From: Turneriella sp. | GTDB lineage: Bacteria; Spirochaetota; Leptospiria; Turneriellales; Turneriellaceae | Length of the DNA stretch: 64,000 nucleotides | Direction: 5' to 3' | Assembly: GCA_965279515.1 (NCBI GenBank) | Contig: CBDIID010000003.1 | Location: 2,048,001-2,112,000 of the forward strand | Part shown: positions 51,982 through 60,418 of the stretch, piece after piece | Layout: each line of letters begins with the position of its first letter | How positions within the stretch are numbered: the first letter of the stretch is position 1 | The notes under the pieces: model-generated | Seen by the model: only the letters and a program-made list of their open reading frames with translations | Database searches by the model: none | What the model was told of the DNA's origin: nothing | Made by a program: the position numbers and the translations under genes

Positions 51982-52443
51982 ATGAAGAAATTCCAATTTC
52001 TCTCTCGATTGGCCATCGCAGCGGTTTTCGTTGCCGGCGCATCCGCTTTTGCCGACGCCAAAGCAGATGCTAAAGCAGAACGCCGCGCGGCAGCCATCGC
52101 CGAAGTAAAACAGCTTTTAGCTGATTTGACCGGCGAAACCAACAAGCTGAACGATGCACTCGTTGCGGCACAAAAAGGCAAAGAAGTGGTTCAGGCACTC
52201 GACGCATGGGCAAACGCTCTCGACGCTTTCAAAAAAAAGGCGAAAGCCCTGGAATCCAAAAAAGGCTTTAAATTCCTGAAGAAGAAAGAACCACCAGAAG
52301 AAATCAAACCCGACCTCGAAGCATTCATGACATCCGTACAAACAATGTCAGGCAACCTGCAGACAAAAGTGGAACTGTTCAAAGAAAATCCAAAGTTCCA
52401 GAAGCGCATGCAGCAAGTTCTCGCAAAGCTGAAAGATCTCTAA
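51982..52443 (+). CDS. Hypothetical secreted helical, Lys/Ala-rich protein
   Basis: SD AGGAGA; signal peptide ending ASAFA-D. Confidence 0.75.
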   Translation: MKKFQFLSRLAIAAVFVAGASAFADAKADAKAERRAAAIAEVKQLLADLTGETNKLNDALVAAQKGKEVVQALDAWANALDAFKKKAKALESKKGFKFLKKKEPPEEIKPDLEAFMTSVQTMSGNLQTKVELFKENPKFQKRMQQVLAKLKDL

Positions 52444-52449
52444 AACAAC

Positions 52450-52494
52450 TTGCGGGTCGCGGGCCAAAAACCCGCGCGCCGCAAAACTATTTTT
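52450..52494 (+). terminator. Probable intrinsic terminator
   Basis: TTGCGG..CGCGGG / CCCGCG..CCGCAA stem followed by a T run, just after stop 52443. Confidence 0.5.
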
Positions 52495-52573
52495 CCCGAT
52501 TTAGTATTAATTCCGTTCTCCTTTCCCGCACATTTTAGTTTACACACTCTCTCCCGCTCATGTGCTGTTAGGC

Positions 52574-54157
52574 ATGTCAGACGCTGATCAGTACGTTCTT
52601 GCCATCGATTTGGGTACCTCTGGCCCCAAAGTCGCGATTGTCAGCGAGAGCGGCAAGGTCCTGCACTGCGAAGTCGAAGCAACTGAACTCATTCTGCTTG
52701 ATGGCGGCGGCGCCGAGCAAGACCCCGATGACTGGTGGCAAAAGATCTGCGCCGCGTCAAAAAGACTCATCGCCAAAAATCTCGTTCCACTCGATCGCAT
52801 CACTTCTGTCGCCGTTACTTCGCAGTGGTCGGGTACCGTTGCCGTCGATAAATCCGGCAAACATCTCTATAATTCGATCATTTGGATGGATTCCCGCGGC
52901 GCAAAACATGTCGCGCAGGTCATGGACGGCCTCGTCAAATTCCAGGGCTATGACGTCGTCAAGCTCGCGCAGTGGATTCTGCTCACCGCGGGCATGCCTG
53001 GCCTCTCGGGCAAAGATTCGCTCGCCCATGTGCTCTTCATCAAAAATGAAATGCCCGATCTCTACGCGAAGACCTACAAATTTCTCGAACCGAAAGATTA
53101 CCTGAACCTGCGTCTCAGCGGCAAATTTGCTGCTGCTCAGGATTCGATCGCCCTCCACTGGGTTACCGACAACCGCGATCTCAGCAAGGTCCACTACCAT
53201 CCCGGGCTGATACAGACGACCGGCCTCGATGTGAAAAAACTCCCCGATCTCTACAGTTCGACCGATGTGCTGGGAAAAATCTTACCCGATGTCGCCCGTG
53301 AGCTCGGCATCTCTGAGAGCACGATGGTGGTTATGGGTACGCCGGATGTCCAGTCTGCGGCGCTGGGTTCGGGTGCTGTTGAAGATTATGCCGCGCACCT
53401 GTACATCGGTACATCCTCATGGCTCACCTGCCACGTGCCGTTCAAGAAGACATCAGCCGAATACAACATGGCAACGATTCCCTCGGCCGTACCGGGCAGA
53501 TACCTCGTCGGCAATGAACACGAAACCGCGGGGTATTGCCTCACCTACCTGCGCGATAAAATCTTTTATCCCAAAGATGCCATCACACCCGAAGGCGCCC
53601 CGAAAGATGCTTACCAGAAATTCAACGATCTCGCCGCAACGATCGCTCCGGGCAGCGACAAACTGATTTTTACGCCGTGGCTCATCGGCGAACGCACACC
53701 GGTAGAAGACCACACGATACGCGGCGGCTTCTTCAATATGTCGCTCTCAACGACGCGCGCACACATGGTGCGTGCGGTCTTTGAAGGCGTGGCCTACAAC
53801 TCGCGCTGGTTACTTGACGCCGTCGAAGATTTTATCGGCCGCAAGATCGAATATATCAACATGATCGGCGGCGGCGCGCGCTCAGACCTCTGGTGCCAGA
53901 TCCACGCCGACATTCTCAACCGCGAAATACGCCAGGTTGCCGACGCCGTCGAAGCAAATGTGCGCGGTGTCGCATTACTTGCAGGGGTCTCGCAAGGGCG
54001 CTTTAAATTCAAAGACCTTTCGAGCCGCGTGGCAATCGCAAAAACGTATAAACCGATCGCCGCAAACCGCAAGATTTACGACGAGCTTTATACCGAATTT
54101 AAGAATGTCTACACCGCTCACAAGAAAATACATGAGAGAATGAATAAAACACATTAG
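52574..54157 (+). CDS. FGGY family carbohydrate kinase (xylulokinase-like)
   Basis: IDLGTSG, IIWMDSRG, IGTSSW, GERTP, AVFEGVA, GGGARS. Confidence 0.92.
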   Translation: MSDADQYVLAIDLGTSGPKVAIVSESGKVLHCEVEATELILLDGGGAEQDPDDWWQKICAASKRLIAKNLVPLDRITSVAVTSQWSGTVAVDKSGKHLYNSIIWMDSRGAKHVAQVMDGLVKFQGYDVVKLAQWILLTAGMPGLSGKDSLAHVLFIKNEMPDLYAKTYKFLEPKDYLNLRLSGKFAAAQDSIALHWVTDNRDLSKVHYHPGLIQTTGLDVKKLPDLYSSTDVLGKILPDVARELGISESTMVVMGTPDVQSAALGSGAVEDYAAHLYIGTSSWLTCHVPFKKTSAEYNMATIPSAVPGRYLVGNEHETAGYCLTYLRDKIFYPKDAITPEGAPKDAYQKFNDLAATIAPGSDKLIFTPWLIGERTPVEDHTIRGGFFNMSLSTTRAHMVRAVFEGVAYNSRWLLDAVEDFIGRKIEYINMIGGGARSDLWCQIHADILNREIRQVADAVEANVRGVALLAGVSQGRFKFKDLSSRVAIAKTYKPIAANRKIYDELYTEFKNVYTAHKKIHERMNKTH

Positions 54158-54164
54158 GAACACC

Positions 54165-55706
54165 ATGGATCCACAACTCATTGCCGAATACCAAAAGAAA
54201 TTCCCCGAGGTTTTTGCCTTCGTAGAAGGTATCCTCGAACGCTTTCCCGAGCTCGACCGCTTCATTAAATCACAAGGCATTGTGCGCGACCAGATCGATG
54301 CCCAGGCCAAAGAAGTGCTCGAGACGATCGCAAAAGACATGAAACCTTACCGCGACCAGTACGAGGTCCATGCCCGCTTGCCTAAAGAAGGTGTCGCGCG
54401 GCCTGAAGTCCTGAAAGAGCTCAAAGAGATGCGCGATCTAGAGCGTAAAAAATGGAAAGAAGGCTACGTATCGGGCGCTGTCTACCACGGCGACGATGAG
54501 CATATCGAGTATATGAATAACGCCTACACGATACATTCGCAGTCGAATCCCCTGCACTCCGATCTCTGGCCCAGCGCCAGCAAGTTCGAAGCGGAGATCA
54601 TTTCGATGACCGCCGGCATGCTCAGTGAAGGTGCTCCCGAAAGCGTGCGCGCAGGTATCTGCGGTTCGGTATCTTCTGGCGGTACCGAGAGCATCCTTTT
54701 GGCGATGAAAACCTACCGCGATATGGCTTTTGAGGAGCGCGGTGTGCGCAATCCGGAAATGGTGTTGCCGACAACTGCACACGTGGCATTCCACAAAGCG
54801 GCACAATATTTTAAGATCAAGATTCGCTACGTAAACTTTGACAGCAATTTCCGGGCGAACCTCGACGAAGTCAGAAAAGCGATCAATAGTAATACTGTCG
54901 TCGTCGTTGGCTCAGCACCCGCTTTCCCCCATGGCATTGTCGACCCCATCGAAGAGATGTCCAATCTCGCGCTCTCGAAAAAAATTCCGTTCCACACCGA
55001 CGCCTGCCTCGGCGGCTATATTCTGCCTTGGGCAAAAAAACTCGGCTATGATGTGCCTAAATTCGATTTCTCGCTGCCCGGTGTGACATCGATTTCGGTG
55101 GACACACACAAGTACGGTTACGCAGCGAAAGGCACTTCGGTGATTCTCTACCGCAACGCGAAAATCCGCCACCACCAGTTCTTTACCTCAACTAACTGGC
55201 CGGGGGGGATGTACTTCTCACCCACATTCGCCGGTTCACGCCCGGGCGGCCTTTCGGCCGCATGCTGGGCGGCGCTGGTTTCGATCGGTGAAAAGGGTTA
55301 TCTCGACGCTGCGAAAAAAATCATGACAGCCGCCGATTACGTCAAAGCCGAAATCAAAAAAATTCCCGAACTGAAACTCCTCGGCAACCCGCTCTATGTC
55401 ATCGCCTTTGCGTCAGACACCATAGACATCTACAAGGTCATGGAACAGATGACGCATAAGGGTTATTCACTCAACGGTCTGCATCGCCCTGCCTGTGTGC
55501 ATATTGCACTCACACTGCGCCATGCAGAACCCGGTGTAGCAGAACGTTTCATCGAAGACCTCAAGGCTGCCGTAGCTTATGTGAAAGCAAACCCTTCCGA
55601 AAAGGGCAGCTCGGCACCGATCTACGGCATGGCTGCATCACTGCCGGTGCGCAGCGTCGTCGGCGATTTACTGAAAACTTATATGGACGCTTATTATAAA
55701 GTGTAA
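54165..55706 (+). CDS. Sphingosine-1-phosphate lyase-like PLP enzyme
   Basis: GYVSGAVYHG, SNPLH, SGGTESI, AHVAFHKAA, HTDACLGG, DTHKYGY (PLP Lys), GSRPG, PIYG. Confidence 0.88.
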   Translation: MDPQLIAEYQKKFPEVFAFVEGILERFPELDRFIKSQGIVRDQIDAQAKEVLETIAKDMKPYRDQYEVHARLPKEGVARPEVLKELKEMRDLERKKWKEGYVSGAVYHGDDEHIEYMNNAYTIHSQSNPLHSDLWPSASKFEAEIISMTAGMLSEGAPESVRAGICGSVSSGGTESILLAMKTYRDMAFEERGVRNPEMVLPTTAHVAFHKAAQYFKIKIRYVNFDSNFRANLDEVRKAINSNTVVVVGSAPAFPHGIVDPIEEMSNLALSKKIPFHTDACLGGYILPWAKKLGYDVPKFDFSLPGVTSISVDTHKYGYAAKGTSVILYRNAKIRHHQFFTSTNWPGGMYFSPTFAGSRPGGLSAACWAALVSIGEKGYLDAAKKIMTAADYVKAEIKKIPELKLLGNPLYVIAFASDTIDIYKVMEQMTHKGYSLNGLHRPACVHIALTLRHAEPGVAERFIEDLKAAVAYVKANPSEKGSSAPIYGMAASLPVRSVVGDLLKTYMDAYYKV

Positions 55707-55794
55707 GTGTCCCCACCCCCTGCCCCTCCCCGCATGCGGGGAGGGGAGCATGGGGGCCTCCCCCGTTTACGGGGGAGGTTGGGAGGGGGACACT
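55706..55794. repeat. REP-like inverted doublet
   Basis: Hairpins CCCCTCCCCGCATGCGGGGAGGGG and CCTCCCCCGTTTACGGGGGAGG, enclosed by AGTGTCCCC/GGGGACACT. Confidence 0.7.
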
Positions 55795-56723
55795 GAAGCC
55801 GCATCAGCCCTTAAAACGCCCGTTTTGGAAAAAACGCCTCGCGACTTCTTGAATTCCACACCGTCGCCCTCGCCGAGCAGCAGCATATAGTCGCTGCGGC
55901 CTGAGATCGCAATCGAGTCTTTGATCATTTCCATTTCGCGGCCGCCGCGGCGGTAGAAGGTGCTGTGATGTATGGGTATCATGTAACGTGCGCCGCAGTC
56001 GCGGTAGATCTGCAGAGCTCCATAAGGATTCACATGCACGGCATTGCCAATACCCCCTGAAGTAAAACCTCCTGCTGGTCCTACGGGAATTAACGCAACG
56101 TCGATTTTATAATCGCGCTTGAGATTACGGAAATATTCTTCATGGTAACCGGTGTCGCCGGCAAAGAATACCGTGATGCCTTTGTATTCAATGATATAGC
56201 CGGTATAGGGTTCGCCATCCCACAGATTATCGACCAGCATGCGCCCGCCAAAATGCCGCACCGGTACAGAGGTGATTTTCAGACCATTTTCTTCGTGCGA
56301 ATAGCCCGGGCTTGCGGGATGCTCATGACGGGCCACGGAGTGCGGTGTATAATTAAAACCGCTCGGTGGCGCGAACAAGTGCCCCGAGCCGCGCAGCACA
56401 CGCAGCGAAGGCGCGTCGAGATGATCGAAATGGTTGTGCGAGATGACAATCGCATCGACGGGTTTGACCGAGGCGACATCGATGCCAGGCTCGCTGAGAC
56501 GTTTGACAACTGTGCCGGTACGGTCTGAAAAATTCGGGTCGGTGATAATCCACTTATCGTAGAGGCGCATCAGCACCGTCGCATGCCCCACCCAGTAAAA
56601 CTCAATCTTCTCAGGCGCTGAGACCAGCTGCGGTGCGGGTTTACCGGTTTTGACAGTGCCCGAAAAATTGCCGCAGGCGGCCAGAAACGTCAAAAACAGA
56701 GGAGGCCAGCAAAGGTTGCGCAT
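55767..56723 (-). CDS. MBL-fold metallo-hydrolase (NAPE-PLD/RomA-like), probable lipoprotein
   Basis: WVGHAT, TDPNFS, SHNHFDHLD, FAGDTGY, IPIHH; LAAC lipobox. Confidence 0.88.
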   Translation of the reverse strand: MRNLCWPPLFLTFLAACGNFSGTVKTGKPAPQLVSAPEKIEFYWVGHATVLMRLYDKWIITDPNFSDRTGTVVKRLSEPGIDVASVKPVDAIVISHNHFDHLDAPSLRVLRGSGHLFAPPSGFNYTPHSVARHEHPASPGYSHEENGLKITSVPVRHFGGRMLVDNLWDGEPYTGYIIEYKGITVFFAGDTGYHEEYFRNLKRDYKIDVALIPVGPAGGFTSGGIGNAVHVNPYGALQIYRDCGARYMIPIHHSTFYRRGGREMEMIKDSIAISGRSDYMLLLGEGDGVEFKKSRGVFSKTGVLRADAASVSPSQPPP

Positions 56724-56765
56724 ATTGTCTAGACGCAAATATAACAAAAATATTGTATCGGGAAC

Positions 56766-57818
56766 TTATTCGATGCCGATCCGCTGTTCACCGCCATAGC
56801 GGTAAAAGCCTTCGGTCTCTTCCTGGGCAATAGTCTCGGCTTCGGCGCCGAAATATTTCTTCCTTAATGCATCCAGCGCTGCCGCGTCACCGGCAACCTT
56901 CGACCGTTCGGTAAGGTAGGTTTTGCCCTGTGCCCAACGCGACTCGCGGTCGCGGTCGAGTGTCTCCCAGCGTTCGAGCGTCACAGCATCCATGCCCATT
57001 TCGGTGCGCACGGTCCGAAGCGCATGCCGCTGCTGTGTGGGAGAGAGGGCCTTGAGGTCGGCCTGAACCGATTGCAAGAGTGAATTCGTGATTTCCTGCT
57101 GGTGGCGTTCGAGGTAGGCCCTGGCTTCGGCGCCAAAAGTTTCGTTGAGGGTATTTTTGAAATAGCTCAGCTTGGCGTTGATATCCTTCCCCTTCGCATC
57201 GCGTATCTCTTCGAGGGCGTTCTGCATGGTCGTCGCCCTGATCTCGGCGGCGAAAATTTCTTTTGCGTTATCGTCGCCGAATAAACTGGTGCGCATTTCG
57301 GCCAAAGCCTTTTGCCGATCCTTGCGGCTCATCTTGTCGAGCCGGTCTTTGTTGCGCGTGAGCCAGTCGTTGTATTTGACCAGCGATGACAGCTGATCGA
57401 AAAGTTTATTGGCCAGATTCGGGAATGCGGCGCCCGCAAGTTCGTTCACGCAGGCGACCCAATCATTGGGTTGTTCCTTCTGGCAGAGCCGCATGAGATC
57501 TTCGAGCATCTTGATCTGCAGATAGCCGCGGTGGATATTCTTACCCCACTTCTCGCGCAACAGGGCAATTTTCTGTTCGAATGTCAGCTCACCGACGATG
57601 CGCTTCTGGCCCGTCTCCGTAAGTTCGTATTGGATTTTTTCAATCGCCGATTCCTGGTAGGCGCGTATTGCGCGTGGGTGGCTTTGCAGATTTTTTAGCT
57701 GGCGAATAGCGTCGGAATCGCGGTTAGCGAAATAGAAAATGACCGCCCCGACTAACAGGCCGCCCATAATACCAAGCCAAATGGATTTATTCTTCACGGG
57801 GGTTGTTAAGGGGGCCAC
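56766..57818 (-). CDS. Probable lipase chaperone (foldase-like)
   Basis: N-terminal TM, all-helical body, RTSLFG and LRKKYFG segments; directly downstream of the lipase. Confidence 0.6.
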   Translation of the reverse strand: MAPLTTPVKNKSIWLGIMGGLLVGAVIFYFANRDSDAIRQLKNLQSHPRAIRAYQESAIEKIQYELTETGQKRIVGELTFEQKIALLREKWGKNIHRGYLQIKMLEDLMRLCQKEQPNDWVACVNELAGAAFPNLANKLFDQLSSLVKYNDWLTRNKDRLDKMSRKDRQKALAEMRTSLFGDDNAKEIFAAEIRATTMQNALEEIRDAKGKDINAKLSYFKNTLNETFGAEARAYLERHQQEITNSLLQSVQADLKALSPTQQRHALRTVRTEMGMDAVTLERWETLDRDRESRWAQGKTYLTERSKVAGDAAALDALRKKYFGAEAETIAQEETEGFYRYGGEQRIGIE

Positions 57819-57835
57819 AGGCCCCCTTAATCTAA

Positions 57836-58933
57836 TTAGTCTTTCGCCGCGACAAAGTCAATGATCGCCGCGTAGAATTCCATCTCGTCGAATGTGTCAG
57901 GCGGAACGCCCACCACATCGAGATGATCCTGGTTGATGATACTCGAGCTCGATGTCATCTGGATCGACGTCGGGTTATTGAGATCAGACACATAACCTGT
58001 TGTAGAATCCTGGGTGATGTAATCGAGGCAGAGTGTGCATGAATTGTGTTTCAGGCGATAACCCATCTGCTGCGAGTTGATACCGACCAGACCGTCGTCG
58101 TCGAGATCTGTCGCCGTACCGTTACCCTTGCCGGCAGCACCATCGTTGTCGCAGTCATCCACACAATAGCCGTTGCCATCGATGTTGATGAAACCATTAC
58201 GCAGCAAGAACAGCGCCGGGTTCACCGAAACACCTGTCTGTGCTGTGACGAACGAACCGTAGTACGCCGCGTACGTTGCACTGACGGGGTTCGCCACGTT
58301 GAAAGCTTTCGCCCCCGTGGTCACTCCGTCTGTTGCACTGTAGTCGTTATACACGAGCTGCTTCGCACCTGCAAAGGCATCGCTGCCGCTGCGGTAGATG
58401 GTGTTTCCGTAAATCGTTGCCAAAGCCGCCACGACATTCGTGACGCCGGGCTTCAGGTCGAGAATATACTTCGCGACGGGTGATCCGCGGTGGGGAGAAG
58501 AAACAGAAATCAACACTTTGACTACCTGGCGGCCTTTACGTTGGTAAAGAACCTTTGCCGCCTTGCGGATATCCAAACCGCCCTGCGAATGCCCCACGAG
58601 GTTGATGTAACTCACACCCTGCGAAGTCATATACGATTCAATCTGGTTCGCGATGTCGAGACCGCGTACTTCGGAGGACTGAAAAGCGTATGTCGCTGTC
58701 TGGTAAGCCTTTTGCGAGCTGCTTATATTACCGTTGCAGGTAATTTCGAGAAACTCATCACAAGGATCGCCGACAAAAACACCGTAGTCATCCCCCCAAT
58801 AGGAATAGCCCAGAATGTCGTCAAAACCCGCCATGCCATGGGCGAAGACCACCGGGTATGTGGTTTTCGCGGCCGCTGCTGAAACTGCCGCAGGAACTGC
58901 GGCAAAAAGGAATGCGATCAACATTTTTCGCAT
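57836..58933 (-). CDS. Secreted triacylglycerol lipase-like alpha/beta hydrolase
   Basis: YPVVFAHG, GHSQG nucleophile, SPHRGS, DDGLV, QDHLD; signal peptide. Confidence 0.92.
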   Translation of the reverse strand: MRKMLIAFLFAAVPAAVSAAAAKTTYPVVFAHGMAGFDDILGYSYWGDDYGVFVGDPCDEFLEITCNGNISSSQKAYQTATYAFQSSEVRGLDIANQIESYMTSQGVSYINLVGHSQGGLDIRKAAKVLYQRKGRQVVKVLISVSSPHRGSPVAKYILDLKPGVTNVVAALATIYGNTIYRSGSDAFAGAKQLVYNDYSATDGVTTGAKAFNVANPVSATYAAYYGSFVTAQTGVSVNPALFLLRNGFINIDGNGYCVDDCDNDGAAGKGNGTATDLDDDGLVGINSQQMGYRLKHNSCTLCLDYITQDSTTGYVSDLNNPTSIQMTSSSSIINQDHLDVVGVPPDTFDEMEFYAAIIDFVAAKD

Positions 58934-59060
58934 CGGTAAAGTTCTCCCTCACGTATTGGTAACGACAGGGTGCCTAGGCACCGTGGCCAACCAAGCCCCG
59001 AAGGCTTCGGGCTGACCATGTACTATTGGCGGCCTGATAGTTCGCGGGCCAAAATTAAGG

Positions 59061-59074
59061 TGAACGAACGTTCA
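59061..59074. promoter_or_regulatory. Palindromic operator candidate
   Basis: TGAACG-AA-CGTTCA in the divergent intergenic region upstream of the lipase. Confidence 0.4.
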
Positions 59075-59135
59075 TGTCCATAAAAAATTCTCTACTTTAC
59101 GCGCCGTTTCATAGCCGGTCGGCGTCTAAATTAGC

Positions 59136-60326
59136 ATGGTTCGCTTACCGATCGTGAAACTGTACTTATCTGGCCTACTGCTCATCGCTGTGACGGCACT
59201 GGGTGCACAAGCAGCAAAGCCGGATGTAAAACCGGAAACAAAGCCTGCAGCTCCTGCAGTTAAAGAAGTCAAAGCCGAAACAAAACCAGAAGTTAAACCC
59301 GCGGCGAAACCGGAAAATAAACCGGAAACGAAACCGCCTGAAAAAACGGAAGCCAAAACCTTCAAGAGCGACGTGCCCATTGTGATCGAAGCCGATAAGT
59401 CGACCGCAACCGTTGGGCCCGCGATCAAGAAACTGATCTTCATCGATTTTTATAATGAGTCGAACAACCCCAACGCCAAATGGATGGTCGACTCGATCGG
59501 CGAATCGATTTTTGAACTCACGAAAAATAAATATAATTATTCGCGCATTCCCAACAAGGTCTGGCGCGAATACGCGACGCAGAAAAATTTCAAACCCGAA
59601 GACTTTTATAATACCGAAAAACTCCAGGCGATGGGCTATGCGCTGAAGGTGGATGGCATCATTTTCGGAAAGTTTATCACGACCGAAGAAAACATCCAGA
59701 TCAGCGGCAAGATTCTCTCCGTCGTCGACAAAGAAATCATCGCGGAAAAAAACGTCACTGTGCCGTTCTCGAGCCAGATGTTCGAAGATGTGCAGGATGT
59801 CTCGGAGACCCTGGGCAGCCGCATCAAAGACCTGTTCTTCCCGTCAGACCGCGGCGCATTGTGGCGGTCAGCCCTTCTGCCGGGCTGGGGACAATACTAT
59901 AAACAACGCAAAACCTGGGGGTATATCTACGGCGGCGTCATTGGCACGGGTGCAGCGTTCTCACTGTTCTCGCTCATCATGTTACAATCGTCGAAGCGCG
60001 CTTATGAAAATTACAATCCTGACCATGTCGTCACGCCCAACAATGAATTCGGCATCAAAGACCCGGCGGCGGCGCAGGCACAGTTCGCCAAGCTCGAAGA
60101 TACCGCCAACCAATGGTACCAGATTACCATGATCAGCGCCAGCATCACGCTGGGCATCTATCTCTGGCATCTTTTCGATGCCTGGTTCTTCGAAGGCAGT
60201 TATACCGAGATCGCGAAGGGCGGCACTGCACTGAATGGCCGCGGTGGGGATAACCTCCTGGGGGCGAATATCCGCATTAGCAGCGACCGGGATCCCCTGT
60301 CGATCCGCATCGGCTTCGCATTTTGA
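59136..60326 (+). CDS. Exported protein: KPE-rich linker, FlgO/TolB_N-like domain, DUF5683-like membrane segment
   Basis: KPE(T/V/N) repeats; LIFIDFYNESNNPNAKW; WRSALLPGWGQYY; ends IGFAF. Confidence 0.65.
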   Translation: MVRLPIVKLYLSGLLLIAVTALGAQAAKPDVKPETKPAAPAVKEVKAETKPEVKPAAKPENKPETKPPEKTEAKTFKSDVPIVIEADKSTATVGPAIKKLIFIDFYNESNNPNAKWMVDSIGESIFELTKNKYNYSRIPNKVWREYATQKNFKPEDFYNTEKLQAMGYALKVDGIIFGKFITTEENIQISGKILSVVDKEIIAEKNVTVPFSSQMFEDVQDVSETLGSRIKDLFFPSDRGALWRSALLPGWGQYYKQRKTWGYIYGGVIGTGAAFSLFSLIMLQSSKRAYENYNPDHVVTPNNEFGIKDPAAAQAQFAKLEDTANQWYQITMISASITLGIYLWHLFDAWFFEGSYTEIAKGGTALNGRGGDNLLGANIRISSDRDPLSIRIGFAF

Positions 60327-60418
60327 GGATTTTTTGCCGGACGTTTATCCTATAGCCGATAAGATAAGGTGCGGGATGTTACCGATCATCCGCTCCCGCG
60401 TTTTACTGTTATACTAAT

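Noticed and set aside
55767..56723. Metallo-beta-lactamase resistance gene
   Set aside because: The HxHxDH context matches NAPE-PLD/RomA-like hydrolases rather than class B enzymes.
59215..59350. Short repeats (AAACCGGAAA-like) as a CRISPR array or VNTR
   Set aside because: Degenerate coding repeats of a KPE-rich linker; no spacers or cas genes.
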